IMG/VR virus record: IMGVR_UViG_3300028569_000012 | Direction: 5' to 3' (one strand) | Source of the DNA: an uncultured virus (IMG/VR IMGVR_UViG_3300028569_000012) | Lineage: Duplodnaviria; Heunggongvirae; Uroviricota; Caudoviricetes | DNA: 62,769 nucleotides | Translations under genes and position numbers: made by a program | Notes under the pieces: generated by a model | Seen by the model: only the letters and a program-made list of their open reading frames with translations | Database searches by the model: none | What the model was told of the DNA's origin: nothing | Shown here: piece after piece, positions 31,101-38,870 of the stretch | Position numbering within the stretch: the stretch's first letter is position 1 | Layout of the letters: each line of letters opens with the position of its first letter

Positions 31101-31646
31101 GAAATTACATTTGGTGATTTGTCAAAGTTGCTTAAGGATAAAGGTTATAATCAAATATTGAAAGGTTTGATATTCTTCACAGCATATGCAAATGGTCATG
31201 ATGATAACAAGTTCATCACTTATGACTTTGATTTGGGTGGTACCCCATTCGGAGGAACCGTTTACTCAGGAATTACTTATGGTGAACGAAGAAAGTTCTT
31301 CAACGAATCATTTGGTTGTAGAACAACATCGAATGGCATATCAGTTCCGTATGCGGTGTTTTCGGATTTTGATAAGTCAGTAGATTTTATCTCAACTTAC
31401 TATTCGAATCCGATAAATGGAAAAAAATTATACAATTCCGACCCTGAATACAAATGGAATACTAAGGATTTATTTATTGAAAGTTTAGTCTTGTTATGGA
31501 TTGAATGGTGGCCAACTAAAAGTTTTCAAACAACACAACAAAGAAATAATTGGATCTTAGCAAACGCACAATCTGTTCAAACAATAAGAAAACAAGCATC
31601 GGAAAGTGTTGAGAAATGTATCTCTTTAGGACTTATTACTTTTTGA
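25116..31646 (+). CDS. Giant baseplate hub-like protein (gp27/gpD-like termini)
   Basis: N-terminal GIESIRI..PTVDIVLIDTQGRALFE and near-C-terminal SYECRVESLGNVMIQP.MYF.L...GPYMIQSVEH; follows the gp53-like gene. Confidence 0.55.
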   Translation: MADNITTNDNIFVDFDCQNIILVDPNKTQNINGSVSERKLAHENLVMYANLEARVIPRTKLAVGSPISDAIQNVQLATMNFLRPGGRTTLRNDYLDEITGLNTVNGKGTNQPSRTKITQENKTDEFYFSQNVINSLDTGLLGIESIRIKNTRSATPTVDIVLIDTQGRALFEKGENSEYAAFFNLPYPIFFLTLKGFYGKAIKYQLVMTNFSAAFEGNSGNYRISLKFYSYKYTILAETQVGALFATPFMYTSDFRVQSSGQEPPAIQAARASVGNDLTLTSNVRTTKGQSNINNMYAKYKRLGLISPDLPELSVPSLLARLELLEKNILQGFGQTDFTPLSDIQNYIKLINDFYNDVYGNDDTSWFSRYIDRTQVFVYKGRKEDTAENTEPEVLQTYVFKNNINNTQAQLDAYSQLVQLVTNYKSALAKNPTLGLNGSFTIDNITDSTTKITTIDKIIINNPSKSVNNDNVLIEDTFRKAITSKEIDFEKTFEQRNKRKPTQTELIQFESENLKFFRPTAIRVGNEVATYPTYNFVFDGENNFDGLYNQIIGDISKQKEKVVLALTVFLNKKIEGPNGLGFRPTIKNIMAMIFASVEAFYLMMDDVHSSAWSQRTNPKRKQAIFNNTLSSASSDTKDNTPTLEIQSLSEIPVYPWPQYFVDTNSEDDEPFELRYPGDKSEISRTGANDFQSWPEVEFVEEYIKGISRTADNPPAPNGNANLSRTILRLSANGIEFPMTNIPYSDYQVVKFLYEIYERVFLASYWDRFSKGIPQDLELYKTLSDIENINIQTSLLGSSPSLTKTLKNLAFTSANYLEVLRSASNDGQGPSYQQLIRGEFTSDYLRAITTKDFSILSNTSISNASESTAQTVESYSKLTEFVRSTKSNQTDIADLYPFVYSPWTTTNLGSSAGNDNPFDTTHSLFVNDTKKFITNYQTNFNQNNNRPFTNSDFLSVNTPNLDDSNGQTKDLNTFYTERRSEKLFVTEGPLTYQNKTGNLAGDQTTSMFNTPFFINAINEGVELDRNGGSLYPYVKPAYLFLNSLPLITLRERYKNVEPTIVEELDFMFSTLTKFGGVHKLPYAWILRYGSIWYRYKTYIETNVDILDSVWNNIDYLNLYDPITDDLDKTYKFNNQKNTPLEIIGQNNLVIQITNQNNFLPLGSFTNSIMNLGFYPGMINNIYFLMTGQDLFTTYSDTEMNAAISEGLNVGNISNSNIELPLGFDANDPSRLLTLRTWFTSFDTKDSTKFIPSLQNQTIVMPCFGSNTNQVLSECFEDSPTGEFITQEVLNNTAVFNGSFRTFWQAPNFGYFELPSIEKPQYDQYFKLIKPNTKNSEAFSLGSEYSFIEEIFGVFKTEILDEFEQEFLKFSVSTKDVEKDVVSGPSSVNKNFQFLMQELLTIDTPDNQISSEDYVKKVSEKQAIKITDTIETFLNYDVVFRYGNPSNFDRKLWGSFTTLPSNRVFDPFTYNPYVQNTLPSSSGTITLAQSIAAFPQEWNSMYTYVGFATTPDMIYSNTGSYFTDFFIDMNVQFTVANVQTFAPLIKIYGTQKLLADGNYGSTQFIENINTYYTDKDTLVSQILTQLFFSLQKQLPNVEQSNEKLILSGLDGDEQKLELWETFKAFNDKWISGGEFQNRTLFQDVLFLDRANRDIGNEVLLDVLKLKNFLSSTAQTNARIIDFVSKIFADNKFQMMPMPAYVNFWGIGESVDGQRPRTETSQDLANSLFGTYLEVDYRESSPKLVCYFVGKPSEHLNLKENQDYRFKTDAFTFECGGRNSLSRSTGEEVNFALSNKVVGFNVDFGNRNQGIFYSIQLDQNSAAATTESNRVITGIALQAGGKRAVGQSLGLYNYYKTRSYECRVESLGNVMIQPTMYFNLQHVPMFYGPYMIQSVEHVIDGGDFKTFFTGLRMPVVSIPKITKQILSLNQSLLSELVLGVQRLKDTESQVVTKNVISVGNSIQTNQTFTPADPVRCISDMQVANQKYRNYVGVESTKREITFGDLSKLLKDKGYNQILKGLIFFTAYANGHDDNKFITYDFDLGGTPFGGTVYSGITYGERRKFFNESFGCRTTSNGISVPYAVFSDFDKSVDFISTYYSNPINGKKLYNSDPEYKWNTKDLFIESLVLLWIEWWPTKSFQTTQQRNNWILANAQSVQTIRKQASESVEKCISLGLITF

Positions 31647-31649
31647 TGA

Positions 31650-31657
31650 TATTTATA
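31650..31657 (+). promoter_or_regulatory. TATTTATA putative late promoter motif
   Basis: 11 nt upstream of ATG 31669. Confidence 0.55.
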
Positions 31658-31668
31658 GAGAAAATATT

Positions 31669-31893
31669 ATGAATATTAAAGATAACTTGGATATGTATCT
31701 TGGTAAAAACTCAAGATATAGTGAAAAAACTTCTAACAACGGTTACACCGAGGTATGTGATTTAGACACAGGGGATTGTTATACTGTAAGGGATCGTGAT
31801 GGATTGATTGAAAGAGTTGATAATACTATCAGAACAAATAGAAAAGTACGAGTAGAGACTCAACAAGGTGTTAAACAATTATTAAACGGATAA
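31669..31893 (+). CDS. Hypothetical small protein
   Basis: 74-aa ORF filling the gap, with a motif upstream; contains VCDLDTGDCY. Confidence 0.7.
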   Translation: MNIKDNLDMYLGKNSRYSEKTSNNGYTEVCDLDTGDCYTVRDRDGLIERVDNTIRTNRKVRVETQQGVKQLLNG

Positions 31894-31896
31894 GAC

Positions 31897-32538
31897 ATGA
31901 AAATTGACAAAACAATTTTAGAGGAGTTGAAAAGACACAACTCAATCAATAAATATATTACAGAGCAGGAAGCTGTTGATGCTCAAGATCAAACGATGGA
32001 CACCGAGATTCCAACTGAGGATCCGATGTTAGAACCCGCTGAGACTCCTAAACCTGAGGTAATCGATGTGTCCCAAGATACTGAGGTCGAAAAAATTGGT
32101 GATAACAATCAGGAAACAGAAACACAAGGAGGATCTGAAGAGTTAGACATTACCGATTTGGTCAACTCACAAAAAGGTATGGAATCTAAGCAGACCGAAT
32201 ATTTCGATATGATGTTCAAACAACTCGAAGGACTTCAAGGTAAATTATCGGAAATGGAAAATTTAGTTACAAAACTAAATGACATTGAAGAAAAGATTGA
32301 GAAATACAGACCTAAGTCACCGCAAGAAAAATTAGAACTTCGTAGTTTAGACTCAGGTCCATTCCATCAAAAGTTGACCGATTTTTTTGATGACAAACAA
32401 CAAGACATGGAAAAGTCAGGAAAGAACGAATATGTCCTCACATCTGATGAAGTAGAACAAATTGTTCCGAGTGATATTAAGAAGTCCTTTAATTCACGAG
32501 TTCCTGAACCTACAGATAATAGGTTCGGTATGCGTTGA
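31897..32538 (+). CDS. Hypothetical acidic coiled-coil protein
   Basis: Acidic Pro-rich N-terminal half and a heptad segment (LEGLQGKLSEMENLVTKLNDIEEKI). Confidence 0.7.
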   Translation: MKIDKTILEELKRHNSINKYITEQEAVDAQDQTMDTEIPTEDPMLEPAETPKPEVIDVSQDTEVEKIGDNNQETETQGGSEELDITDLVNSQKGMESKQTEYFDMMFKQLEGLQGKLSEMENLVTKLNDIEEKIEKYRPKSPQEKLELRSLDSGPFHQKLTDFFDDKQQDMEKSGKNEYVLTSDEVEQIVPSDIKKSFNSRVPEPTDNRFGMR

Positions 32539-32564
32539 TAAATGAAAATATTTTATTATATTAT

Positions 32565-32589
32565 AAGGGTCACGTTGTGATCCTTTTTT
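32565..32589 (+). terminator. Rho-independent terminator
   Basis: AAGGGTCAC-GTT-GTGATCCTT followed by Ts. Confidence 0.75.
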
Positions 32590-32603
32590 ATTTGGTGAAC
32601 AAT

Positions 32604-32632
32604 TTGACTTAACAATAAATTTCGCATATAAT
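32604..32632 (+). promoter_or_regulatory. Sigma70-consensus promoter upstream of the SSB/recombination operon
   Basis: TTGACT-N17-TATAAT. Confidence 0.7.
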
Positions 32633-32665
32633 TCCTATATCTAATAATTAAATTTTTTTACAAAT

Positions 32666-33508
32666 ATGTCTAGTCCACTTGACGCAGTTCTCGCTCAGTA
32701 CGAGAAAAACACCCAATCCTTCGACAATTCTAACCGAATGTCTCAGGAAGAAAGAATGAAGAAATACTTCGCTTGTATTCTACCGCAAGGTCAGGCTCAA
32801 GGTCAAAGAAGAGTCCGAATTCTCCCAACTAAAGATGGTTCATCACCCTTCGTAGAAGTTTTTTACCACGAACTCCAAGTAGGAGGTAAATGGCAGAAGT
32901 TCTATGATCCAGGAAAGAACGATAACGAAAGATCACCTTTGAATGAAGTTCACGAAGAACTTATGTCAACGGGAAAAGAATCTGATAAAGAACTTGCCCG
33001 TCAATACAAGTCACGTAAATTTTACATTGTAAAGGTTGTTGATCGTGACGCTGAAGAAGAGGGTGTTAAATTTTGGAGATTCAAACACAACTACAAAAAC
33101 GAGGGTATTCTCGATAAGATCATTCCAATTTGGAGACAAAAAGGTGATATTACCGATCCTGAAAAAGGTCGTGATCTTATCATCCAATTGGTGAAACAAA
33201 AAACACCTGGTGGGAAAGATTACACCGCAATTCAAACCATCATGCACGATGATCCATCAATTCTCCACACGATTGAACCAACTATGAAAGAGTGGTTGGC
33301 AGATGAGATGACTTGGCAAGATGTGTACTCAAAAAAACCCGTAGAGTTTTTGGAAGCAATTGCTCGTGGTGAAGAACCACGTTGGAACTCTGAAACAGGT
33401 AAGTATGTATACGGAGACGATGCACTTCTATCTATGGGTGGAGGTAAGTCATCTAATGTTATGGATCCACAAACAGGAGCAGATCCTGATGAAGATCTAC
33501 CATTCTGA
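32666..33508 (+). CDS. Single-stranded DNA-binding protein (T4 gp32-like)
   Basis: RVRILP...PFVEVFYH, VKVVDRD..EEGVKFW, DITDPEKGRD and an acidic C-terminus ending DEDLPF. Confidence 0.85.
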   Translation: MSSPLDAVLAQYEKNTQSFDNSNRMSQEERMKKYFACILPQGQAQGQRRVRILPTKDGSSPFVEVFYHELQVGGKWQKFYDPGKNDNERSPLNEVHEELMSTGKESDKELARQYKSRKFYIVKVVDRDAEEEGVKFWRFKHNYKNEGILDKIIPIWRQKGDITDPEKGRDLIIQLVKQKTPGGKDYTAIQTIMHDDPSILHTIEPTMKEWLADEMTWQDVYSKKPVEFLEAIARGEEPRWNSETGKYVYGDDALLSMGGGKSSNVMDPQTGADPDEDLPF

Positions 33509-33522
33509 TCTAATAACTAACG

Positions 33523-33568
33523 GGACATTCTTACCGACTTCTTTGTCTGTGAGAGTGTCCTTTTTTTT
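33523..33568 (+). terminator. Rho-independent terminator after SSB
   Basis: GGACATTCTTAC pairs with GTGAGAGTGTCC (two G-U pairs), with an inner GAC/GTC, followed by T8. Confidence 0.75.
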
Positions 33569-33610
33569 AACCAAAAAAATAATAAAATAATTACATCCTA
33601 AGATAAAAAC

Positions 33611-34624
33611 ATGGCACTTAAAAAAACTGATTTCACAACGCTAAAGAAGAAGTTCTCAACTTCGGCAAAATATAAACCACAACGTTTTTTTGACTTAGGA
33701 AAAGAATTCTTGGAAGCAGTCGGACTACCGGGTCCCGCAATTGGGCACATCAATATGTTCTTAGGACATAGTGATACAGGTAAGACAACCGCTCTTATCA
33801 AATCCGCGGTGAGCGCTCAGAAGCAAAACGTTCTTCCTGTATTTATTATTACAGAACAAAAATGGAGTTTTGATCACGCTCAGTTGATGGGATTCGAATG
33901 TCAAGAAGCGGTAGATCCCGAAACTGGTGAAATCGATTGGGACGGATTTTTTATCTTTAATAATAATTTTAACTATATCGAACAGATAACACAATACATC
34001 AATGATTTGTTAGATGCTCAAGAAAAAGGAGAGTTAGAATACGATCTGTTGTTCCTATGGGATTCTATCGGTTCAGTTCCTTCAAAAATGACTTACGAGG
34101 GAAAAGGTGGTAAGCAGCACAACGCAGCAACTTTAGCCGATAAAATCGGTATGGGTATCAATCAAAGAATTTCAGGGTCTCGTAAAGCAGACTCAAAGTT
34201 TGAAAACACCCTCGTGATTGTGAATCAACCTTGGGTAGAATTACCTGACAATCCTTTTGGTCAACCGAAAATCAAAGCTAAAGGTGGTGAATCAGTTTGG
34301 TTGAATTCTTCATTGGTATTTTTGTTCGGAAATCAAAAAGGTGCTGGAACAACCAAGATTACTGCAACGAAAGATAAAAGAACCGTGAAGTTCGCAACAC
34401 GTTCTAAAATATCGGTTATGAAAAACCACATCAACGGATTGGGTTACGAAGATGGAAAGATTATTGTCACTCCCCACGGTTTTTTGGCGGGTAAGGAAAC
34501 CGTAGAAGAAAAGGCATCGATCGAGGCGTACAAGAAAGAACATTCTGACTACTGGAAGGAGATCATCGGATCAGACGGGGACTTTTCCCTTGTCGATGAG
34601 AAAGACCCTGACATCCTTCGATAG
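33611..34624 (+). CDS. uvsX: RecA/UvsX-like recombinase
   Basis: Walker A GHSDTGKT, Walker B LFLWDSIG, VIVNQ, KGG and VMKNH. Confidence 0.88.
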   Translation: MALKKTDFTTLKKKFSTSAKYKPQRFFDLGKEFLEAVGLPGPAIGHINMFLGHSDTGKTTALIKSAVSAQKQNVLPVFIITEQKWSFDHAQLMGFECQEAVDPETGEIDWDGFFIFNNNFNYIEQITQYINDLLDAQEKGELEYDLLFLWDSIGSVPSKMTYEGKGGKQHNAATLADKIGMGINQRISGSRKADSKFENTLVIVNQPWVELPDNPFGQPKIKAKGGESVWLNSSLVFLFGNQKGAGTTKITATKDKRTVKFATRSKISVMKNHINGLGYEDGKIIVTPHGFLAGKETVEEKASIEAYKKEHSDYWKEIIGSDGDFSLVDEKDPDILR

Positions 34625-34659
34625 TGTCCCTATTTGTCAAATCAATTAGATTATAAAGA

Positions 34660-35664
34660 TTGAAAACTTTATTAGTAGATGGAGATAACTTATTTAAGAT
34701 CGGGTTCCATGGAGTGCGAGAATTCTTTGTCGATGGTCATCACATCGGCGGGGTCTTCCACTTTCTCAATACCCTCAGGAAACAATTGGATGAATACAAC
34801 TATGACAAAATTATCGTCTTTTGGGACGGTGACGGCAACTCAAGTCAACGACGTGAAATATATCCCAATTACAAACTAAATCGCAGACAAGATATGAACG
34901 AATTCAAATTCGAGTCATATCTTATACAGAAACAAAGGGTCAAAGAATATTTGGAGGAATGCTTCGTACGCCAACTGCGTGTCGATGGCAATGAATCCGA
35001 TGATCTTATCGCTTATTACTGTCAGGTGGCAACCGATGAAGACAAAGTTGTTTTCACAGCAGACAAAGACCTCTTACAGCTTATCGACTCGACAACATCC
35101 ATCTACTCCCCCATGGTCAAAGAGATGTATAAGATGGGAGATAAAGTACCTATTATGGGTAATAAAATCCCCCACCAAAACATTCTGACTGTCAAGGTGA
35201 TTATGGGTGACAAGAGTGATAACATCGATGGCATCGAAAGATTAGGAGAGAAAACTTTTCTGAAGTTTTTCCCCGAGGTATTTGATAGTGTTGTTTCTGT
35301 TGATGATATTTTGTTGAAGACCAACCAACTTATTCAAGGTAATGAAACCAACAAAGCACTACATAATTTGTCAAAGGGAAAATCAAAGAATGGTGAACTC
35401 GGAAAACTATTTTTTGAGGTCAACACCAAAATTGTTGATCTATCCAAACCGATGATTACTGAAGAAAGTAGGGAGCTAGTAGAACTTTATTATCGAGAAT
35501 CGATGGACCCTGAGGGAAGGGGGTCAAAGAACCTTATCAGAATGATGACTAATGATGGGTTCTTTAAGTTTCTTCCCAAAACGGATGAAGCCTTTTTAGA
35601 CTTTGTCCAACCATTTATGAAACTAACAAGAAAAGAAAAAAGAAAATTTAAACAATCAAACTAA
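34660..35664 (+). CDS. 5'-3' exonuclease/flap endonuclease (T4 RNase H-like)
   Basis: LLVDGDNL, YPNYKLNR, ESDDLIA, TADKDLLQL and MGDKSDNIDGIERLGEKT. Confidence 0.92.
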   Translation: MKTLLVDGDNLFKIGFHGVREFFVDGHHIGGVFHFLNTLRKQLDEYNYDKIIVFWDGDGNSSQRREIYPNYKLNRRQDMNEFKFESYLIQKQRVKEYLEECFVRQLRVDGNESDDLIAYYCQVATDEDKVVFTADKDLLQLIDSTTSIYSPMVKEMYKMGDKVPIMGNKIPHQNILTVKVIMGDKSDNIDGIERLGEKTFLKFFPEVFDSVVSVDDILLKTNQLIQGNETNKALHNLSKGKSKNGELGKLFFEVNTKIVDLSKPMITEESRELVELYYRESMDPEGRGSKNLIRMMTNDGFFKFLPKTDEAFLDFVQPFMKLTRKEKRKFKQSN

Positions 35665-35669
35665 TTTTT

Positions 35670-36119
35670 ATGAAAGAACAAGATATCGTCAAGATGGAAT
35701 TTCTCATCACTTTGAATAACAACATTGTAATCCAAAGGTATTTTAACGTAAGGGGTTATAATCCCAAAGCTCGTGCTTCAATTGAGTTGTACGATTATAT
35801 GAGGGATTTGGTTGATGCTTTCGAGCAAACCCAAAAAATGAAGACAGTTATCTACATGATGGATAATCAATTTTACATTTCTGAAGATCCCACAATTTTG
35901 GACACTGACAATACCAACAACACAGAATATTTCAATTTTTATGTGAGAATTGGGGAGCAGACAATTTGTCATAGGATCTTGGATGCAAAACTTTTCCCAC
36001 CTAAGATAAGATACACCGTAGACATACGTCAGCAAGCAAAAAACGTACTTCGACACTTGACTGACATATTTTCAGCTCAAAATTTTGTTACTAACTATAT
36101 GAATTATACCCTCGCTTGA
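35670..36119 (+). CDS. Hypothetical protein
   Basis: 149-aa ORF within the replication operon; no motif recognised. Confidence 0.7.
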   Translation: MKEQDIVKMEFLITLNNNIVIQRYFNVRGYNPKARASIELYDYMRDLVDAFEQTQKMKTVIYMMDNQFYISEDPTILDTDNTNNTEYFNFYVRIGEQTICHRILDAKLFPPKIRYTVDIRQQAKNVLRHLTDIFSAQNFVTNYMNYTLA

Positions 36120-36122
36120 GTG

Positions 36123-36129
36123 TATTTAT
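36123..36129 (+). promoter_or_regulatory. TATTTAT motif upstream of the helicase
   Basis: 26 nt upstream of ATG 36156; the only copy before a clear replication gene. Confidence 0.4.
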
Positions 36130-36155
36130 TCTTTACAGAAAACGAAAAATAAATT

Positions 36156-37535
36156 ATGTCAAATAGGAACTTCGAATATCTCGGAAACACATTTCAAATA
36201 CAACTAATAAATCAAATCATTTTACACAAGGAGTTCGCACATTCAATTATTGATGTTATTGAACCCTCACATTTCGAGAACAAATACTTCAAAACAATTA
36301 TTCAGTTACTGAAAGAATATTATGTAAAATACGATTGTTCCCCTTCATTCGAGACGTTATATCAGGTCGTAAAAAGTGAGTTCCCACAAGAGATAATGCT
36401 CAAGGTTCTCAACGATACAATCAAACAAGTTCAGGATTCTCCGATCGATGGTGGTGACTTTGTTCAGGACAAGGCTCTGAAGTTTTGTAAACAACAAGAA
36501 CTACAAAAGGCTATTGTCAGATCACAAAAAATCCTTGATAGTGGTGAGTTCGAAAACTACGAGAAGTTAGAAGAACTTTTTAGGGCTGCGATTCAAATCG
36601 GAGAAAACAACAACAAAGTTGAAGATGTGTTCACCAATTTGGATGACGTGCTCGATGAGGACTTCCGTCATCCGATCCCGATGGGGATTAGTGGTATCGA
36701 CAAGCTACTAAAAGGTGGATTGGCTAAGGGTGAAATTGGTGTTATTTTGGCACCAACTGGTGTTGGTAAGACAACTGTATTATCCAAAATTGCCAACAGT
36801 GCTTTCAACCACGGATATAATGTTCTTCAATTGTTTTTTGAAGACAACCCGAAAGTTATTCAGAGAAAACACTTCACTATGTGGACTGGTATTGTGCCTG
36901 ATGAGTTACCTCTTCATCGTGAAGAAGTTCTCGAAAAAGCTCGTCAAGTGAAGGAAGAAATGACCAACAGGTTATATTTAAAAAAACTACCATCAGACAC
37001 TCATACCATGACTCAAATTAAAAATATGATCCGTAAAATGATTGCTGATGGTCACAAGATCGATATGATTCTTGTTGATTACATTGATTGTATTGTTCCT
37101 GATAAAAACTTGGGTGACGAATGGAAAAGTGAAGGTTCTGTAATGAGAGGATTCGAAGCTCTATGTCACGAGTTGAGTGTTGTCGGTTGGACGGCGACGC
37201 AGGGTAACAGAAGTTCAATATCCTCTGAGGTTGTAACCAACGATCAGATGGGTGGTAGTATCAAGAAGGCTCAGGTAGGTCACGTTATTATTTCCATAGC
37301 AAAGACTCTACAACAAAAGGAAATGAACTTGGCGACAATTGCTATCACCAAGTCCCGAGTTGGTAAAGATGGTGTGATTTTCGAAAACTGTAAATTCAAT
37401 AACGAGTTATTGGAAATCGATACCGATAGTTCTGTAACCTTCCTCGGATTCGAGGAAAAACGAGATGATCAAAAAAGAGATCGTATCAAGGAACTTATGG
37501 AAAAAAGACAACAAAGAGAAAAACCTTTGGTTTGA
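36156..37535 (+). CDS. dnaB: Replicative DnaB/gp41-like helicase
   Basis: GGLAKGE...APTGVGKT, ILVDYID, WTATQGNR and ITKSRVG. Confidence 0.92.
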   Translation: MSNRNFEYLGNTFQIQLINQIILHKEFAHSIIDVIEPSHFENKYFKTIIQLLKEYYVKYDCSPSFETLYQVVKSEFPQEIMLKVLNDTIKQVQDSPIDGGDFVQDKALKFCKQQELQKAIVRSQKILDSGEFENYEKLEELFRAAIQIGENNNKVEDVFTNLDDVLDEDFRHPIPMGISGIDKLLKGGLAKGEIGVILAPTGVGKTTVLSKIANSAFNHGYNVLQLFFEDNPKVIQRKHFTMWTGIVPDELPLHREEVLEKARQVKEEMTNRLYLKKLPSDTHTMTQIKNMIRKMIADGHKIDMILVDYIDCIVPDKNLGDEWKSEGSVMRGFEALCHELSVVGWTATQGNRSSISSEVVTNDQMGGSIKKAQVGHVIISIAKTLQQKEMNLATIAITKSRVGKDGVIFENCKFNNELLEIDTDSSVTFLGFEEKRDDQKRDRIKELMEKRQQREKPLV

Positions 37536-37572
37536 TCTTGTTAATTATAAAAACAAAATAAAAGAATAGATA

Positions 37573-38853
37573 ATGAATGATTTAATAGATATGATTGGAA
37601 CGGATCAACGATTCGTAACTAAGAGAAGTGGTGACCGAGTCCCATTCGAAATCGATAAGATAAAAAATGCGGTCGTAAAGGCAATGGAAAGTGCTGGTAG
37701 GGTAGATGTTGAGATGGCTGAGAAGATCGCTCGTCTTACCAAAAAAGGTGTGTTCAGAGGAAACAAACTTAATCTACCTCACGTAGATGAAATTCACGAT
37801 ATGGTGGAGAACAAACTTATGGATAATGGTCTGAATGATGTTGCCAAAGAATATATTATTTACCGATCAAAACACCAACCGAATATCTTCACTAAGAGAA
37901 CAAACTTGAAACCCTATGAGTATCCTGATTTGTTGGAGTATGTTGACGCTATCCGACATTCATATTGGGTACACACAGAATTCAATTTCACATCTGACAT
38001 TCAAGACTTTAAGGTACATTTGGATGAGAAGGAACAAACAGCATTACAACGTGCTATGTTGGCGATCTCTCAAATCGAAATTGCGGTAAAATCGTTTTGG
38101 GGTGATATCTACAAAAGATTACCAAAACCTGAAATCGGTAATGTTGGTGCAACATTCGCGGAATCTGAAGTAAGACATGCTGACGCATATTCTCACCTGA
38201 TTCAATTGCTCGGACTCAACAAAGAATTTGAAAATCTATTAGAGGTTCCTGCAATTAGAAGAAGAATCAAATATCTTGAAAAATCTATTTTGAGTTCCAA
38301 GTCAGTTGACAATCAAGATTACTTTGAATCAGTAATATTGTTTTCTATGTTTATCGAGAATGTATCACTGTTTTCACAATTTCTAATTATTATGTCATTT
38401 AACAAACATAAAAATATGTTGAAAGGTATTAGTAACGCTGTGGAGGCAACCTCTAAAGAAGAAAACATTCACGCAGGTTTCGGATTTGATTTGGTCAACC
38501 TTATCAAAAAAGAAAACCCAACTTGGTGGACTAAAGATCTGGTTGAAGACCTAATCGATGCGACCCACGAAGCTTGTGAGTCAGAAATTGAAGTAATCAA
38601 TTGGATCTTCGAAAAAGGGGATTTAGATTTTCTATCAAAACAAGAAACTTTAGAGTTTATCAAACACAGATTCAACGTATCTTTAAATTCTATTGGTATC
38701 GAAAACGCATTCAACATCGATAAAAAGGTGTTGAGTACAACAGAGTGGTTTGATGATGAGATTCTCACAACAAAACACACTGATTTCTTTAACAAAAGAA
38801 GTATCAATTACAGTAAAAAACAAAAATCAATTACCCTCAACGACTTATTTTAA
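37573..38853 (+). CDS. nrdB: Ribonucleotide reductase beta subunit with N-terminal ATP-cone (NrdBi/class Id-like)
   Basis: ATP-cone VTKRSG..VPFEIDKI..AV...VDEIHDMVENKLM...AKEYIIYR; ferritin-like ligands QIEIAVK, ESEVRHADAY, IENVSLF and KEENIH; C-terminal DFF.KRS.NY. Confidence 0.93.
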   Translation: MNDLIDMIGTDQRFVTKRSGDRVPFEIDKIKNAVVKAMESAGRVDVEMAEKIARLTKKGVFRGNKLNLPHVDEIHDMVENKLMDNGLNDVAKEYIIYRSKHQPNIFTKRTNLKPYEYPDLLEYVDAIRHSYWVHTEFNFTSDIQDFKVHLDEKEQTALQRAMLAISQIEIAVKSFWGDIYKRLPKPEIGNVGATFAESEVRHADAYSHLIQLLGLNKEFENLLEVPAIRRRIKYLEKSILSSKSVDNQDYFESVILFSMFIENVSLFSQFLIIMSFNKHKNMLKGISNAVEATSKEENIHAGFGFDLVNLIKKENPTWWTKDLVEDLIDATHEACESEIEVINWIFEKGDLDFLSKQETLEFIKHRFNVSLNSIGIENAFNIDKKVLSTTEWFDDEILTTKHTDFFNKRSINYSKKQKSITLNDLF

Positions 38854-38870
38854 ATTTATAAAAAAACAAT

